Shown one piece after another: positions 39,776 to 48,248 of a DNA stretch of 64,000 nt; positions within the stretch are counted from its first letter, which is position 1, and the number at the start of each line of letters is the position of its first letter. Made by a program: the position numbers and the translations under genes. The notes under the pieces are model-generated. The model had not been told where the DNA came from and did no database searches. It saw only the letters and a list, made by a program, of their open reading frames with translations. Source of the stretch: Spirochaetia bacterium (GTDB taxonomy: Bacteria; Spirochaetota; Spirochaetia; CADAEX01); NCBI GenBank assembly GCA_963662795.1, contig OY759746.1, positions 1,696,001 to 1,760,000 of the forward strand, in the 5' to 3' direction.

Positions 39776-40546
39776 ATGAAAAGACTTGAAGGAAGGGTTG
39801 CAATTGTAACCGGATCAGCGCAGGGAATGGGTCTTGCCATCGCAAAAGCGCTTGGCAATGAAGGCGCAACAATAATAATAACAGACATAAACAGCGAACA
39901 GGTTCAAAAAACTGTTTCAGCTCTTAAAACAGAAGGATATACCGCAGACGGATACAGCATGAACGTTACTGTTGATGCGCAGGTTGGGGAAGTATTTGAC
40001 GCGGTTAAAAATAAATACGGCAAACTGGACATTCTGGTTAATAACGCGGGAGGTGCGCTTAACACCCCGTACAAACTAAATGAGATAGAGGAAAAACACT
40101 GGAATCTTGTCCTTGATGTAAACCTTAAAGGGGCTTTTTTCTGCTGCAGAAAAGCCATCAATATAATGGCAGAGCAGGGAGGCGGCGCAATTGTAAACAT
40201 TTCAGCTCTTGCGGCTCACTACAGGGCAAGCCTCGCAGGCGTCCAGTATACAGCAGCAAAGGCCGGGGTTGAAGGACTTACGAGGCAGCTTGCCTACGAC
40301 TGGGGCGAAAAAAATATCCGGATAACCGGAGTCGCGCCGACTATCACCATGACAGGGGCGCGGGTTAAAGGGCTCTGGGATGACAAGGGTAAGGATGAGC
40401 AGGATAAGACACTTAAAAATATCCCGCTCCGCAGGCTCAGCACACCGCAGGAAATCGCAGCTGCTGTTGTATTCCTGGCATCTGATGAAGCATCATACAT
40501 AACAGGAATTACACTTGATGTCAGCGGCGGCAGATATCTCAGATAA
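39776..40546 (+). CDS. Short-chain dehydrogenase/reductase (classical SDR)
   Basis: TGSAQGMG, NNAG, YTAAK, YITG.TL.VSGG. Confidence 0.92.
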   Translation: MKRLEGRVAIVTGSAQGMGLAIAKALGNEGATIIITDINSEQVQKTVSALKTEGYTADGYSMNVTVDAQVGEVFDAVKNKYGKLDILVNNAGGALNTPYKLNEIEEKHWNLVLDVNLKGAFFCCRKAINIMAEQGGGAIVNISALAAHYRASLAGVQYTAAKAGVEGLTRQLAYDWGEKNIRITGVAPTITMTGARVKGLWDDKGKDEQDKTLKNIPLRRLSTPQEIAAAVVFLASDEASYITGITLDVSGGRYLR

Positions 40547-40572
40547 CATAAGTCAATAATGGAGTCAAATAA

Positions 40573-41553
40573 ATGAGCGGAAAACACAAGGTATTGCTTC
40601 CTCAGCCTATTGAAAAGGAAGCCCATGATTATCTTCTTGATAACAATTTTGAAGTTGTTGTATGTTCAAAATGTGAACATGATGAAGTTGCTGAAAAAAT
40701 CGCCGATGCGGAAGCTGTGGTTTTAAGAACAGGAATTAAAATAACCCGCGATCTTATGGAAAGAGGAAAAAAACTTAAAACAATCAGCCGGACAGGCGCG
40801 GGAGTGGATAACGTTGATCTTGATGCTGCAACTGACGCCGGAGTGGTTGTTACGTCAAGCCTCGGGGCAAATACCACAAGCGTTATTGAGCATGCGCTCA
40901 TGTTTATTCTTTCTCTTTCAAAGAATACCATAAAAATTGATTCCGAAGTTCGTAAAGGCAATTTCAGGGTGAGGTATCAGAACCTCTCGAGCGATGTAAG
41001 GGAAAAGACACTTGGACTTATCGGGTTCGGGAGAATAGGATCAGGGCTTGCCAAAATTTGCCGCGACAGTTTTGCGATGAAAATAGTTGCGAATGATGAT
41101 TTTCTCCCGCCGGAAGCCAAGAAAACATTTTCCGACTGGGTTGAATTTACAGATATTGATACAGTGCTTGCCAAATCAGATTATATATCAATCCATGTAC
41201 CGCTTACAAAGGAAACAAAAAATCTTCTTGACTATGACAGAATCAAAAAAATGAAGAAAAACGCTTTCCTGATAAATACTTCAAGAGGCGGCATAATAAA
41301 TGAAAAAGACCTGGTTAAAGCGCTGAAAGAGGGCATAATCGCCGGAGCAGGGCTTGATGTATTTGAAAATGAACCCATCGAGATGGAAAGTGAGCTGCTT
41401 AAAATGGAAAGTGTAATTCTTTCTCCCCACACTGCGGCTCTTACTGTAGAATGTACACTCAGAATGGCAATGGAAGGGGTAAAGAGGGTTGTAAAGTTTT
41501 TTAACGGAGAGAAGCCGGAAAACGTTGCCAATACTGCGGTTTTGGATTTATAA
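40573..41553 (+). CDS. D-isomer-specific 2-hydroxyacid dehydrogenase (SerA-like, no ACT domain)
   Basis: RTGAGVDNVD, GFGRIG, HVPLT, INTSRG, LDVFENEP, SPHTA. Confidence 0.92.
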   Translation: MSGKHKVLLPQPIEKEAHDYLLDNNFEVVVCSKCEHDEVAEKIADAEAVVLRTGIKITRDLMERGKKLKTISRTGAGVDNVDLDAATDAGVVVTSSLGANTTSVIEHALMFILSLSKNTIKIDSEVRKGNFRVRYQNLSSDVREKTLGLIGFGRIGSGLAKICRDSFAMKIVANDDFLPPEAKKTFSDWVEFTDIDTVLAKSDYISIHVPLTKETKNLLDYDRIKKMKKNAFLINTSRGGIINEKDLVKALKEGIIAGAGLDVFENEPIEMESELLKMESVILSPHTAALTVECTLRMAMEGVKRVVKFFNGEKPENVANTAVLDL

Positions 41554-41612
41554 TAAAAATCTGTTAAATCATATTTCTTTTGGAAATAAATACTAAAAAT
41601 TACGGAGTCATA

Positions 41613-42161
41613 ATGGGATGCACCTGCTGTAAGAACGGTAATTCTGCGCTTAATGCCGAAGCAAAAGACATTATCAGCATTACCGGAAAAGAAAAAGAGA
41701 AGACTATACCCATATTACAGGAAATTCAGAGCAGAAAAGGGTATATACCTGAAGATCTTCTAAATGAGGTTTCTGAAGTTACGGGGATTGCTGTAAGCGA
41801 CTTTTACAGTGTTGCTACATTTTATTCACAGTTCAGATTTACACCGCTCGGAAAACACCTTATCAGGGTCTGCAACGGAACTGCCTGTTTTGTTTCAGGT
41901 GCGGATATACTGTTTGATACACTTTCTGATCTTCTGAAAGTCGGTGACGGCGAGACAACCGAAGACGGGCTTTTTACTCTTGAAACTGTTGCATGCCTGG
42001 GCTGCTGTTCGCTTGCCCCTGTTGTGATGATAAGCGGAAGGGTTTACGGCAAGCAGAACTCTGACAGCATCCGGAAACTTGTCAATTCAATAATAGCTGA
42101 TGAGGCAAAAGGTGAAAAAGCAGCGGCAGCCGCCGCCGGACAAACAGGAGGGACAGCTTGA
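41613..42161 (+). CDS. NuoE/HydC-like [2Fe-2S] subunit
   Basis: VATFY, CNGTAC, ACLGCC. Start ATG 41613 after GGAG. Confidence 0.92.
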   Translation: MGCTCCKNGNSALNAEAKDIISITGKEKEKTIPILQEIQSRKGYIPEDLLNEVSEVTGIAVSDFYSVATFYSQFRFTPLGKHLIRVCNGTACFVSGADILFDTLSDLLKVGDGETTEDGLFTLETVACLGCCSLAPVVMISGRVYGKQNSDSIRKLVNSIIADEAKGEKAAAAAAGQTGGTA

Positions 42162-43951
42162 ACAATCAATTGCTGAAAGTCGGACTCGGTTCATGCGGAA
42201 TAGCGGCCGGTGCCCAGGATGTCTACAATTATCTCTTGTCAGACATTGATAAGGAAAATTATCCCGGACTGGACCTCGGAAAAACTTCATGTATAGGACT
42301 CTGTTTTGCCGAGCCTATTGTGGAGTTTCATGACGGTGATAAAAGAATTGTCTACGGCAACGTTGATGTAAAGCTCGCGGAAAAAATTCTGAAAGGGATT
42401 TCCGCCGGTTCGCTTCCTGAAGAAAACAGAATTCTTGAAGAAAAAGGTGAGGGCAACCGGGTTGCGGCTGATGATAATATTGTGAAATATACAGGCCGCC
42501 AGGTAAAACTTGCCCTTAAAAACTGCGGAATAATTGATCCTGAAAGCATTGACGAATATACAGCAAGGGGCGGCTACAAGGCGCTTGAAAAGGCTGTTGC
42601 TTCAATGCAGGGGCAGGAAATTATTGATGTAATGAAAGAATCAGGTCTTAAGGGAAGAGGCGGCGCCGGCTTCCTGACCGGGCAGAAATGGGAATTCCTC
42701 CTTAGGGCAAAGGGAGATAAAAAATACCTTGTCTGCAACGCGGACGAAGGGGACCCCGGAGCTTTTATGGACAGGGCTATCCTTGAGGGAGATCCTCATG
42801 TGGTTATCGAAGGGATGATAATCGCGGCAAAAGCGACAGGCGCCTACAAAGGGTATATCTACTGCAGGGCGGAATATCCGCTTGCCGTAAAAAGGCTCCA
42901 CAAGGCAATTGCCGACGCTAAAGAAAAAAACTTTTTAGGTGAAAATATATTCGGATCAGGTTTTTCTTTTGACATAATAGTCAAGGAAGGCGCCGGTGCG
43001 TTTGTCTGCGGAGAGGAAACAGCGCTGATTATGTCAATACAGGGCGGAAGGGGAATGCCTAACTTAAGGCCTCCGTTTCCGGCGGAATCGGGGATCCATC
43101 AGTCTCCGACAAATATTAATAACGTAGAAACATACGCGAATGTTCCGGGGATAATACTTAACGGACCGGAATCTTTCAACAAATATAAATCAGGCAACAG
43201 CACGGGAACAAAGGTTTTTGCGCTTGCCGGAAAGGTTAAAAGGGTTGGTCTTGTAGAAGTGCCGATGGGACTTACTATCCGCGAGGTAGTTGAAGAAATT
43301 GGAGGAGGCTCATCAACGGGACTTCCCCTTAAAGCTGTGCAGATGGGAGGTCCTGCCGGAGGGTGTATCCCTGAATCAATGTTTGATACTCCAATCAATT
43401 ATGATTCAATCAACGCAACCGGGGCGATAATGGGTTCCGGCGGGCTTATTGTTATGGACGCAAGTTCCTGTATGGTAGATGTAGCGAGGTATTTCCTTCA
43501 GTTTACGCAGAATGAATCATGCGGAAAATGTACTTTCTGCAGAATAGGAACAAAGAGGATGCTTGAAATCCTTGAGCGCATTACTACAGGCAGCGGCACT
43601 CTCAAAGACATCGACATGCTTGAGGAACTCGCCAACCACGTGAGAAAAACATCGCTGTGCGGACTCGGCCAGCTTGCGCCGAATCCTGTTCTTACTACAC
43701 TTAAATATTTCAGGGATGAATATCTTGCCCATGTAAACGATAAAAAATGTTCGGCAGGGGTCTGCAGATCTCTCATCGAGATTAAAATAGACCCTGACAA
43801 GTGCACAGGGTGTACGTTGTGCGCAAGAGTGTGTCCTGTTAATGCCATAACGGGTGAGAGAAAAATGACACATGTCATAGACAGCGGTATATGTACCAGA
43901 TGCGGTATGTGTATTCAGAAATGCAAATTCGACGCAATATACAGGATTTAA
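42158..43951 (+). CDS. NuoF/HydB-like FMN/NAD-binding subunit, electron-bifurcating architecture
   Basis: GRGGAGF, NADEGDPGAFMDR, FVCGEETAL, ESCGKCTFC, KKCSAGVC, C-terminal 2x[4Fe-4S]; N-terminal thioredoxin-like domain. Confidence 0.92.
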   Translation: MNNQLLKVGLGSCGIAAGAQDVYNYLLSDIDKENYPGLDLGKTSCIGLCFAEPIVEFHDGDKRIVYGNVDVKLAEKILKGISAGSLPEENRILEEKGEGNRVAADDNIVKYTGRQVKLALKNCGIIDPESIDEYTARGGYKALEKAVASMQGQEIIDVMKESGLKGRGGAGFLTGQKWEFLLRAKGDKKYLVCNADEGDPGAFMDRAILEGDPHVVIEGMIIAAKATGAYKGYIYCRAEYPLAVKRLHKAIADAKEKNFLGENIFGSGFSFDIIVKEGAGAFVCGEETALIMSIQGGRGMPNLRPPFPAESGIHQSPTNINNVETYANVPGIILNGPESFNKYKSGNSTGTKVFALAGKVKRVGLVEVPMGLTIREVVEEIGGGSSTGLPLKAVQMGGPAGGCIPESMFDTPINYDSINATGAIMGSGGLIVMDASSCMVDVARYFLQFTQNESCGKCTFCRIGTKRMLEILERITTGSGTLKDIDMLEELANHVRKTSLCGLGQLAPNPVLTTLKYFRDEYLAHVNDKKCSAGVCRSLIEIKIDPDKCTGCTLCARVCPVNAITGERKMTHVIDSGICTRCGMCIQKCKFDAIYRI

Positions 43952-43960
43952 GGGAAAAAC

Positions 43961-46015
43961 ATGAGTGATGTACTTGTTAAAATAAACGGGGCTGATGTAT
44001 CGGTTCCTGAAGGTTCTACAATACTGGAAGCCGCCATAAAGGCAGGCTATGACATACCGACTCTTTGTAACGCTGAGGGGTTAAAGCCTTTTACAAGCTG
44101 CTTTGTCTGCGCTGTAAAGGTTGAGGGCGGCAGGGGAAACCTTGTTCCCTCCTGCGCCACAAAGGTAAGGCCCGGCATGAGCGTTACTGTCGAATCGGAA
44201 GAAGTTGATTCCGCGAGAAAGATGTGTATAACGCTGCTTGTGTCAGACCACTGCGGCGACTGTCTTCCCCCGTGCCAGAGCGAATGTCCTGCCTCAATCG
44301 ATATTAAGGGATTTCTTGCTGCAATCGCGGACAGAAAACCGGAGAAGGCGGCGGAAATAATAAGGGACAAGGCGCCGATTCCAGGCACTCTGGGAAGGAT
44401 CTGCCCAAGGCCGTGCGAAGATCAGTGCAGAAGAACAAGGGTTGAGAAACCGATTGCCATCTGCAACATGAAACGCTTTGCTTCGGATATGGAGATAGAG
44501 AAATACGGAGAGATAAGGCTTCCTTCACCCGCCCCTGATACAGGGAAAAAAGTTGCGGTAATCGGAGCAGGACCTGCCGGAATGACCGCGGCATATTATT
44601 TAAGGCAGGCAGGGCACGCTGTAACTGTTTTTGAGAAAAACAGCAAGTCAGGCGGTATGCTGAGGTATGGAATCCCTTTTTACCGGCTTCCGGATAAGAC
44701 CCTTGCCCTTGAAATGGGCGCGATAGAGAAAACAGGCGTAAAGGTAAAATACGGCGTTGAAATCGGAAAGGATATTGATGTCAAATCGCTTGAAAAAGAC
44801 TATGACGCGCTCATGATAGCAATCGGCGCCCAGGGTGCCTCTTCAATGAGAATTGAGGGTGAGGATACTGAAGGAGTTTACGCCGGTATAGAATACCTCG
44901 GGAAAGTAGCGAGAGGCGAAAATCCGCATGTGGGCAATAAGGTACTTGTTGTCGGCGGAGGGAATACTGCCATTGATGCTTCAAGAACATCGCTCAGGGC
45001 CGGCGCCGATGTAACAATACTGTACAGAAGAACAAGGGCGGAAATGCCTGCAAGCGACTTCGAAATTGAAGAAGCCGGGGAAGAAGGGGTGAAAATTGAT
45101 TACCTTGTTGCTCCGGTTTCAATAACCAGAAGCGGTAAAATACTCAAGGTAAAATGCATAAGAATGGCTCAGGGCGAACCTGACGCATCAGGGAGAAGAA
45201 GACCGGTTCCGGTTGAAGGCTCTGAATTCGAGATAGAAGCTGATACTGTTATCGGCGCAATCGGCCAGAGAGTTATGCCTGACTGCATCAAGCCACTCGG
45301 TATTGAAATAGACAGAAGCGGCAACATTGTCGCAAACCCTGACTCTTTTGTCACAAGCCGCCCCGGCATATTTGCCGCGGGTGACTGCCAGACCGGAGCA
45401 GACATGGCGGTCCGCGCTGTCGGCAACGGAAGAAAAGCGGCAGCCGCCATAAACCAGTACATAACAGGCGAACAGGCAGCCGGCGAGAAGAAACTATTTA
45501 ATTCGAAAATGGGGCCGCTTGAAAGCGTGCCTGAATCCCTCTTCGAAGGCGTTGAAAAGGCAGACAGGATACAGATGCCCCTTATTGAGCATTCTGTAAG
45601 AGTCGGCACTTTCGATGAGATAGAAAAAGGGTTTGACTATGAAAAGGCGGTTGAAGAGGCGAAAAGATGCCTTAAGTGCGGATGCGACAAGATCGACGAC
45701 TGCAAGCTGAGGGCCTACGCAACCAGATATGATGTTGATCAGAACCTTTTCGGAGGCGACATGAGGACATATTCAAGCGATACAAGCCGGAGCGACATCA
45801 AGATGGAACAGGGCAAGTGCATAAGCTGCGGTTCCTGCGTCAGGGCCTGCGCCGAAATTAAGGGGCTTAATGTGCTTTCATTTGTCAACAGGGGATTCGC
45901 GACACGGATGACTGTTCCTTTCGGAAAGTCGCTTGTAGATTCTACCTGTGACGGATGCGGGGAGTGCGCAAAGGTGTGTCCCACCGCTGCGATAATGAAA
46001 AAAGATATCAAATAG
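43961..46015 (+). CDS. Fe-S flavoprotein: HydA-type N-terminal Fe-S domains with an inserted GltD-like FAD/NADPH module (StnC/NfnA-like, no H-cluster)
   Basis: IPTLC..SCFVC..SC, HCGDC, CQSECP, GRICPRPCE, GAGPAG, GGGNTAID, YRRTR, EAKRCLKCGC, CISCGSCVRAC, CDGCGECAKVCP. Confidence 0.85.
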   Translation: MSDVLVKINGADVSVPEGSTILEAAIKAGYDIPTLCNAEGLKPFTSCFVCAVKVEGGRGNLVPSCATKVRPGMSVTVESEEVDSARKMCITLLVSDHCGDCLPPCQSECPASIDIKGFLAAIADRKPEKAAEIIRDKAPIPGTLGRICPRPCEDQCRRTRVEKPIAICNMKRFASDMEIEKYGEIRLPSPAPDTGKKVAVIGAGPAGMTAAYYLRQAGHAVTVFEKNSKSGGMLRYGIPFYRLPDKTLALEMGAIEKTGVKVKYGVEIGKDIDVKSLEKDYDALMIAIGAQGASSMRIEGEDTEGVYAGIEYLGKVARGENPHVGNKVLVVGGGNTAIDASRTSLRAGADVTILYRRTRAEMPASDFEIEEAGEEGVKIDYLVAPVSITRSGKILKVKCIRMAQGEPDASGRRRPVPVEGSEFEIEADTVIGAIGQRVMPDCIKPLGIEIDRSGNIVANPDSFVTSRPGIFAAGDCQTGADMAVRAVGNGRKAAAAINQYITGEQAAGEKKLFNSKMGPLESVPESLFEGVEKADRIQMPLIEHSVRVGTFDEIEKGFDYEKAVEEAKRCLKCGCDKIDDCKLRAYATRYDVDQNLFGGDMRTYSSDTSRSDIKMEQGKCISCGSCVRACAEIKGLNVLSFVNRGFATRMTVPFGKSLVDSTCDGCGECAKVCPTAAIMKKDIK

Positions 46016-46041
46016 ATTTTTATCAGCGAGTTAATAAATAT

Positions 46042-46099
46042 AAGCCTTCTGCTGTGCCATTCTCCCTGCGGGAATGAAAACACAGCGGAAGGCTTTTTT
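46042..46099 (+). terminator. Intrinsic (likely bidirectional) terminator
   Basis: AAGCCTTCTGCTGTG...CACAGCGGAAGGCTT followed by TTTT. Confidence 0.75.
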
Positions 46100-46122
46100 A
46101 ATAGCACAAGGGAAAAGTCATT

Positions 46123-47133
46123 TTAATAGTGATACATCACACTTTCTCTGACTATCAGCCTTGGTTTTATCGGGTTGATTGATCCTGTTTTATTTTCTTC
46201 AGGATTGAGAATTATATTTAAAGCTTTTTGAGCGATCTGATTTATTGGTATTTCAATTGTAGATATTTTAGGATAAAACAGCTCAGTTAAATTGATATTA
46301 TCATATCCCAATACAGAAATATCTTCAGGGACCCTAAGTCCTACTTCATTGATGGCAAGAATTGCGCCTATAGCCATCATATCGTTTAATGCAAATATCG
46401 CTGTAAAGTCCCTGCTTTCTTTCAGTAAATCCAGAATAAGTTCTCTTGACCTATTAATCAGATAATCACCATAAACCAGAATTTGATCCTCAAAAGATAT
46501 TCCTTTAGACTCATATTTACTTTTAATACCTGATAATCTGTTATTAGTCGATTCAAGATTTTTTGGACCAGCGACAATTGCAATTCTAAAGTGCTGGTTA
46601 TCGAATAGATACTGTGTTCCTATCTCGCCGCCTGCAAAATCATCTGCAATAACTTTATTTCCATTGTAATTTTCAATTTTTTCATCAAGAAGTATTATGT
46701 TTGTATTCGGATTATTTTCATTTAACTGTGCAAGTTCTTCGTTTGAAAGGCCGCTGCTACATAAAAATATTCCTGAGACTTTCTGCTGGAGAAGTGTTTT
46801 TATGTACTCCTTCTCTGTATCGATGCTGTAATCAGTAGTGCAGATATAAGTAAGATAGCCGGCTTTAAAGAGTGTAGATTCAATGGAATTTGCAAGCTGG
46901 GCATAGTATAGGTTTGTATTGGTTGGCAGGATTAGTCCAATTACTCTGGTTTTGCCTGTTCTCATGGCAGAAGATATTCTGTCTGTGGTATAATTATTTT
47001 CTGAAATTATATTTTTTACCTTTATATAGGTCGCTTCGCTCATATTGCCTTTAATTTTTTCGTTGAGCACATGAGAGACTGTTGCAGTGGAGACATTTGC
47101 CATTTTTGCTATATCAGTTATTCTAAGTTTCAT
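46123..47133 (-). CDS. LacI family transcriptional regulator
   Basis: ITDIAKMANVSTATVSHVLN, FALNDMMAIG, VPEDISVLGYD. Start at MKLRI (CAT 47131-47133). Confidence 0.95.
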   Translation of the reverse strand: MKLRITDIAKMANVSTATVSHVLNEKIKGNMSEATYIKVKNIISENNYTTDRISSAMRTGKTRVIGLILPTNTNLYYAQLANSIESTLFKAGYLTYICTTDYSIDTEKEYIKTLLQQKVSGIFLCSSGLSNEELAQLNENNPNTNIILLDEKIENYNGNKVIADDFAGGEIGTQYLFDNQHFRIAIVAGPKNLESTNNRLSGIKSKYESKGISFEDQILVYGDYLINRSRELILDLLKESRDFTAIFALNDMMAIGAILAINEVGLRVPEDISVLGYDNINLTELFYPKISTIEIPINQIAQKALNIILNPEENKTGSINPIKPRLIVRESVMYHY

Positions 47134-47186
47134 TCTTACTTTTATTATAAAGAATAACAAATAAAATTTAAATACCATTTGATAAA

Positions 47187-47360
47187 AACTTAAACGATTT
47201 AACATAAAAATATAATAATGCGATAAAAAAAGCTTGACAAATAGAAATTACCGTAGTTTAATAACTTAAACGTTTAAGTTAAAAAGGCTTTTTAATATCT
47301 TATAAGGTTAATAAATATATTCTATGAATATGTGAAGCACTAAAAGCTTAAACGTTTAAA
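47187..47360. promoter_or_regulatory. Three LacI-type operators and the promoter of the aldolase/aminotransferase operon
   Basis: Perfect palindrome TAACTTAAACGTTTAAGTTA 47262-47281; variants AACTTAAACGATTTAA 47187-47202 and CTTAAACGTTTAAA 47347-47360; TTGACA 47234-47239, 17 bp, TTTAAT. Confidence 0.85.
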
Positions 47361-47391
47361 TATAAGTTTTTAAAGATAAACAATAAGGAGT

Positions 47392-48195
47392 ATGAACTTG
47401 AGAAAAAGCATTGTCCTTGAAAAAATAAAAAAAAAGGAACCTGTTTTGGCTGTAATAACCGAGTTGTGTGACCCATGCGTAATAGAACTTGCTTCCCTTA
47501 TGGGTTTTGACGCCCTCTGGCTTGATCTTGAACATCATGCCTTAAGCGTTGAGAAAGCACAGGATCTGATGAGAGCCGCCAGAATTGGAAAATCAGATAT
47601 CATGGCGCGGCCTGGCAAAGGTGAGTTCATGAGAATGAGCCGGCTTCTTGAAGCAGGAGCACAGGGTATCATGTATCCGAGAGTCGAAAGTGTAGAAGAG
47701 GCAAAAGAGGTTGTCAAGTGGGCAAAGTTTTATCCTGAAGGTGAAAGAGGTGTAGATGGAGCAAATCCTGATGTTCCTTACGGTTCACTTCCTTATTCAA
47801 AATATATAAAAATTGCAAATCAGGAAACATTTCTTGTTGTGCAGATAGAAGATAAAAAAACTCTTAAAATTGCACCTGAAATTGCTGATATTTCCGGTGT
47901 TGATGTTATTTTTCTCGGGCCTCTTGATTTTTCAGTTTTAAACGGCTATCCGGGGGATACGACCCATAAGGATATTTTAGATGCGTTTAAGATTATGAAT
48001 AAAGCGGCAAATGATGCAGGAAAAATTTGGGGCACACTGGCTGGTTCACTTGATTATGTAAAACTTGCAAGAGAAAACGGGGCATCTTTTATATGCTACG
48101 GAGAAGATTTCATGTTTGTTAAAGAAGGGTTTGAAAAAATACAATTTGACTGCTTAAAACTTGGATTTTCATTTAAAAACTGTTTGATTCAGTAA
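47392..48195 (+). CDS. HpcH/HpaI (class II pyruvate) aldolase family protein
   Basis: WLDLEH, LEAGAQGIMYP, YPEGERG, VQIE, FLGPLDFS. Confidence 0.9.
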   Translation: MNLRKSIVLEKIKKKEPVLAVITELCDPCVIELASLMGFDALWLDLEHHALSVEKAQDLMRAARIGKSDIMARPGKGEFMRMSRLLEAGAQGIMYPRVESVEEAKEVVKWAKFYPEGERGVDGANPDVPYGSLPYSKYIKIANQETFLVVQIEDKKTLKIAPEIADISGVDVIFLGPLDFSVLNGYPGDTTHKDILDAFKIMNKAANDAGKIWGTLAGSLDYVKLARENGASFICYGEDFMFVKEGFEKIQFDCLKLGFSFKNCLIQ

Positions 48196-48248
48196 CATTT
48201 TTTCAGTTATTGAATAACTGAATTATTTATATTTCAGAGGAGAATAAA

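Noticed and set aside
41613-46015. Complex I nuoEFG, [FeFe]-hydrogenase or glutamate synthase
   Set aside because: There are no membrane nuo genes, no H-cluster motifs and no gltB.
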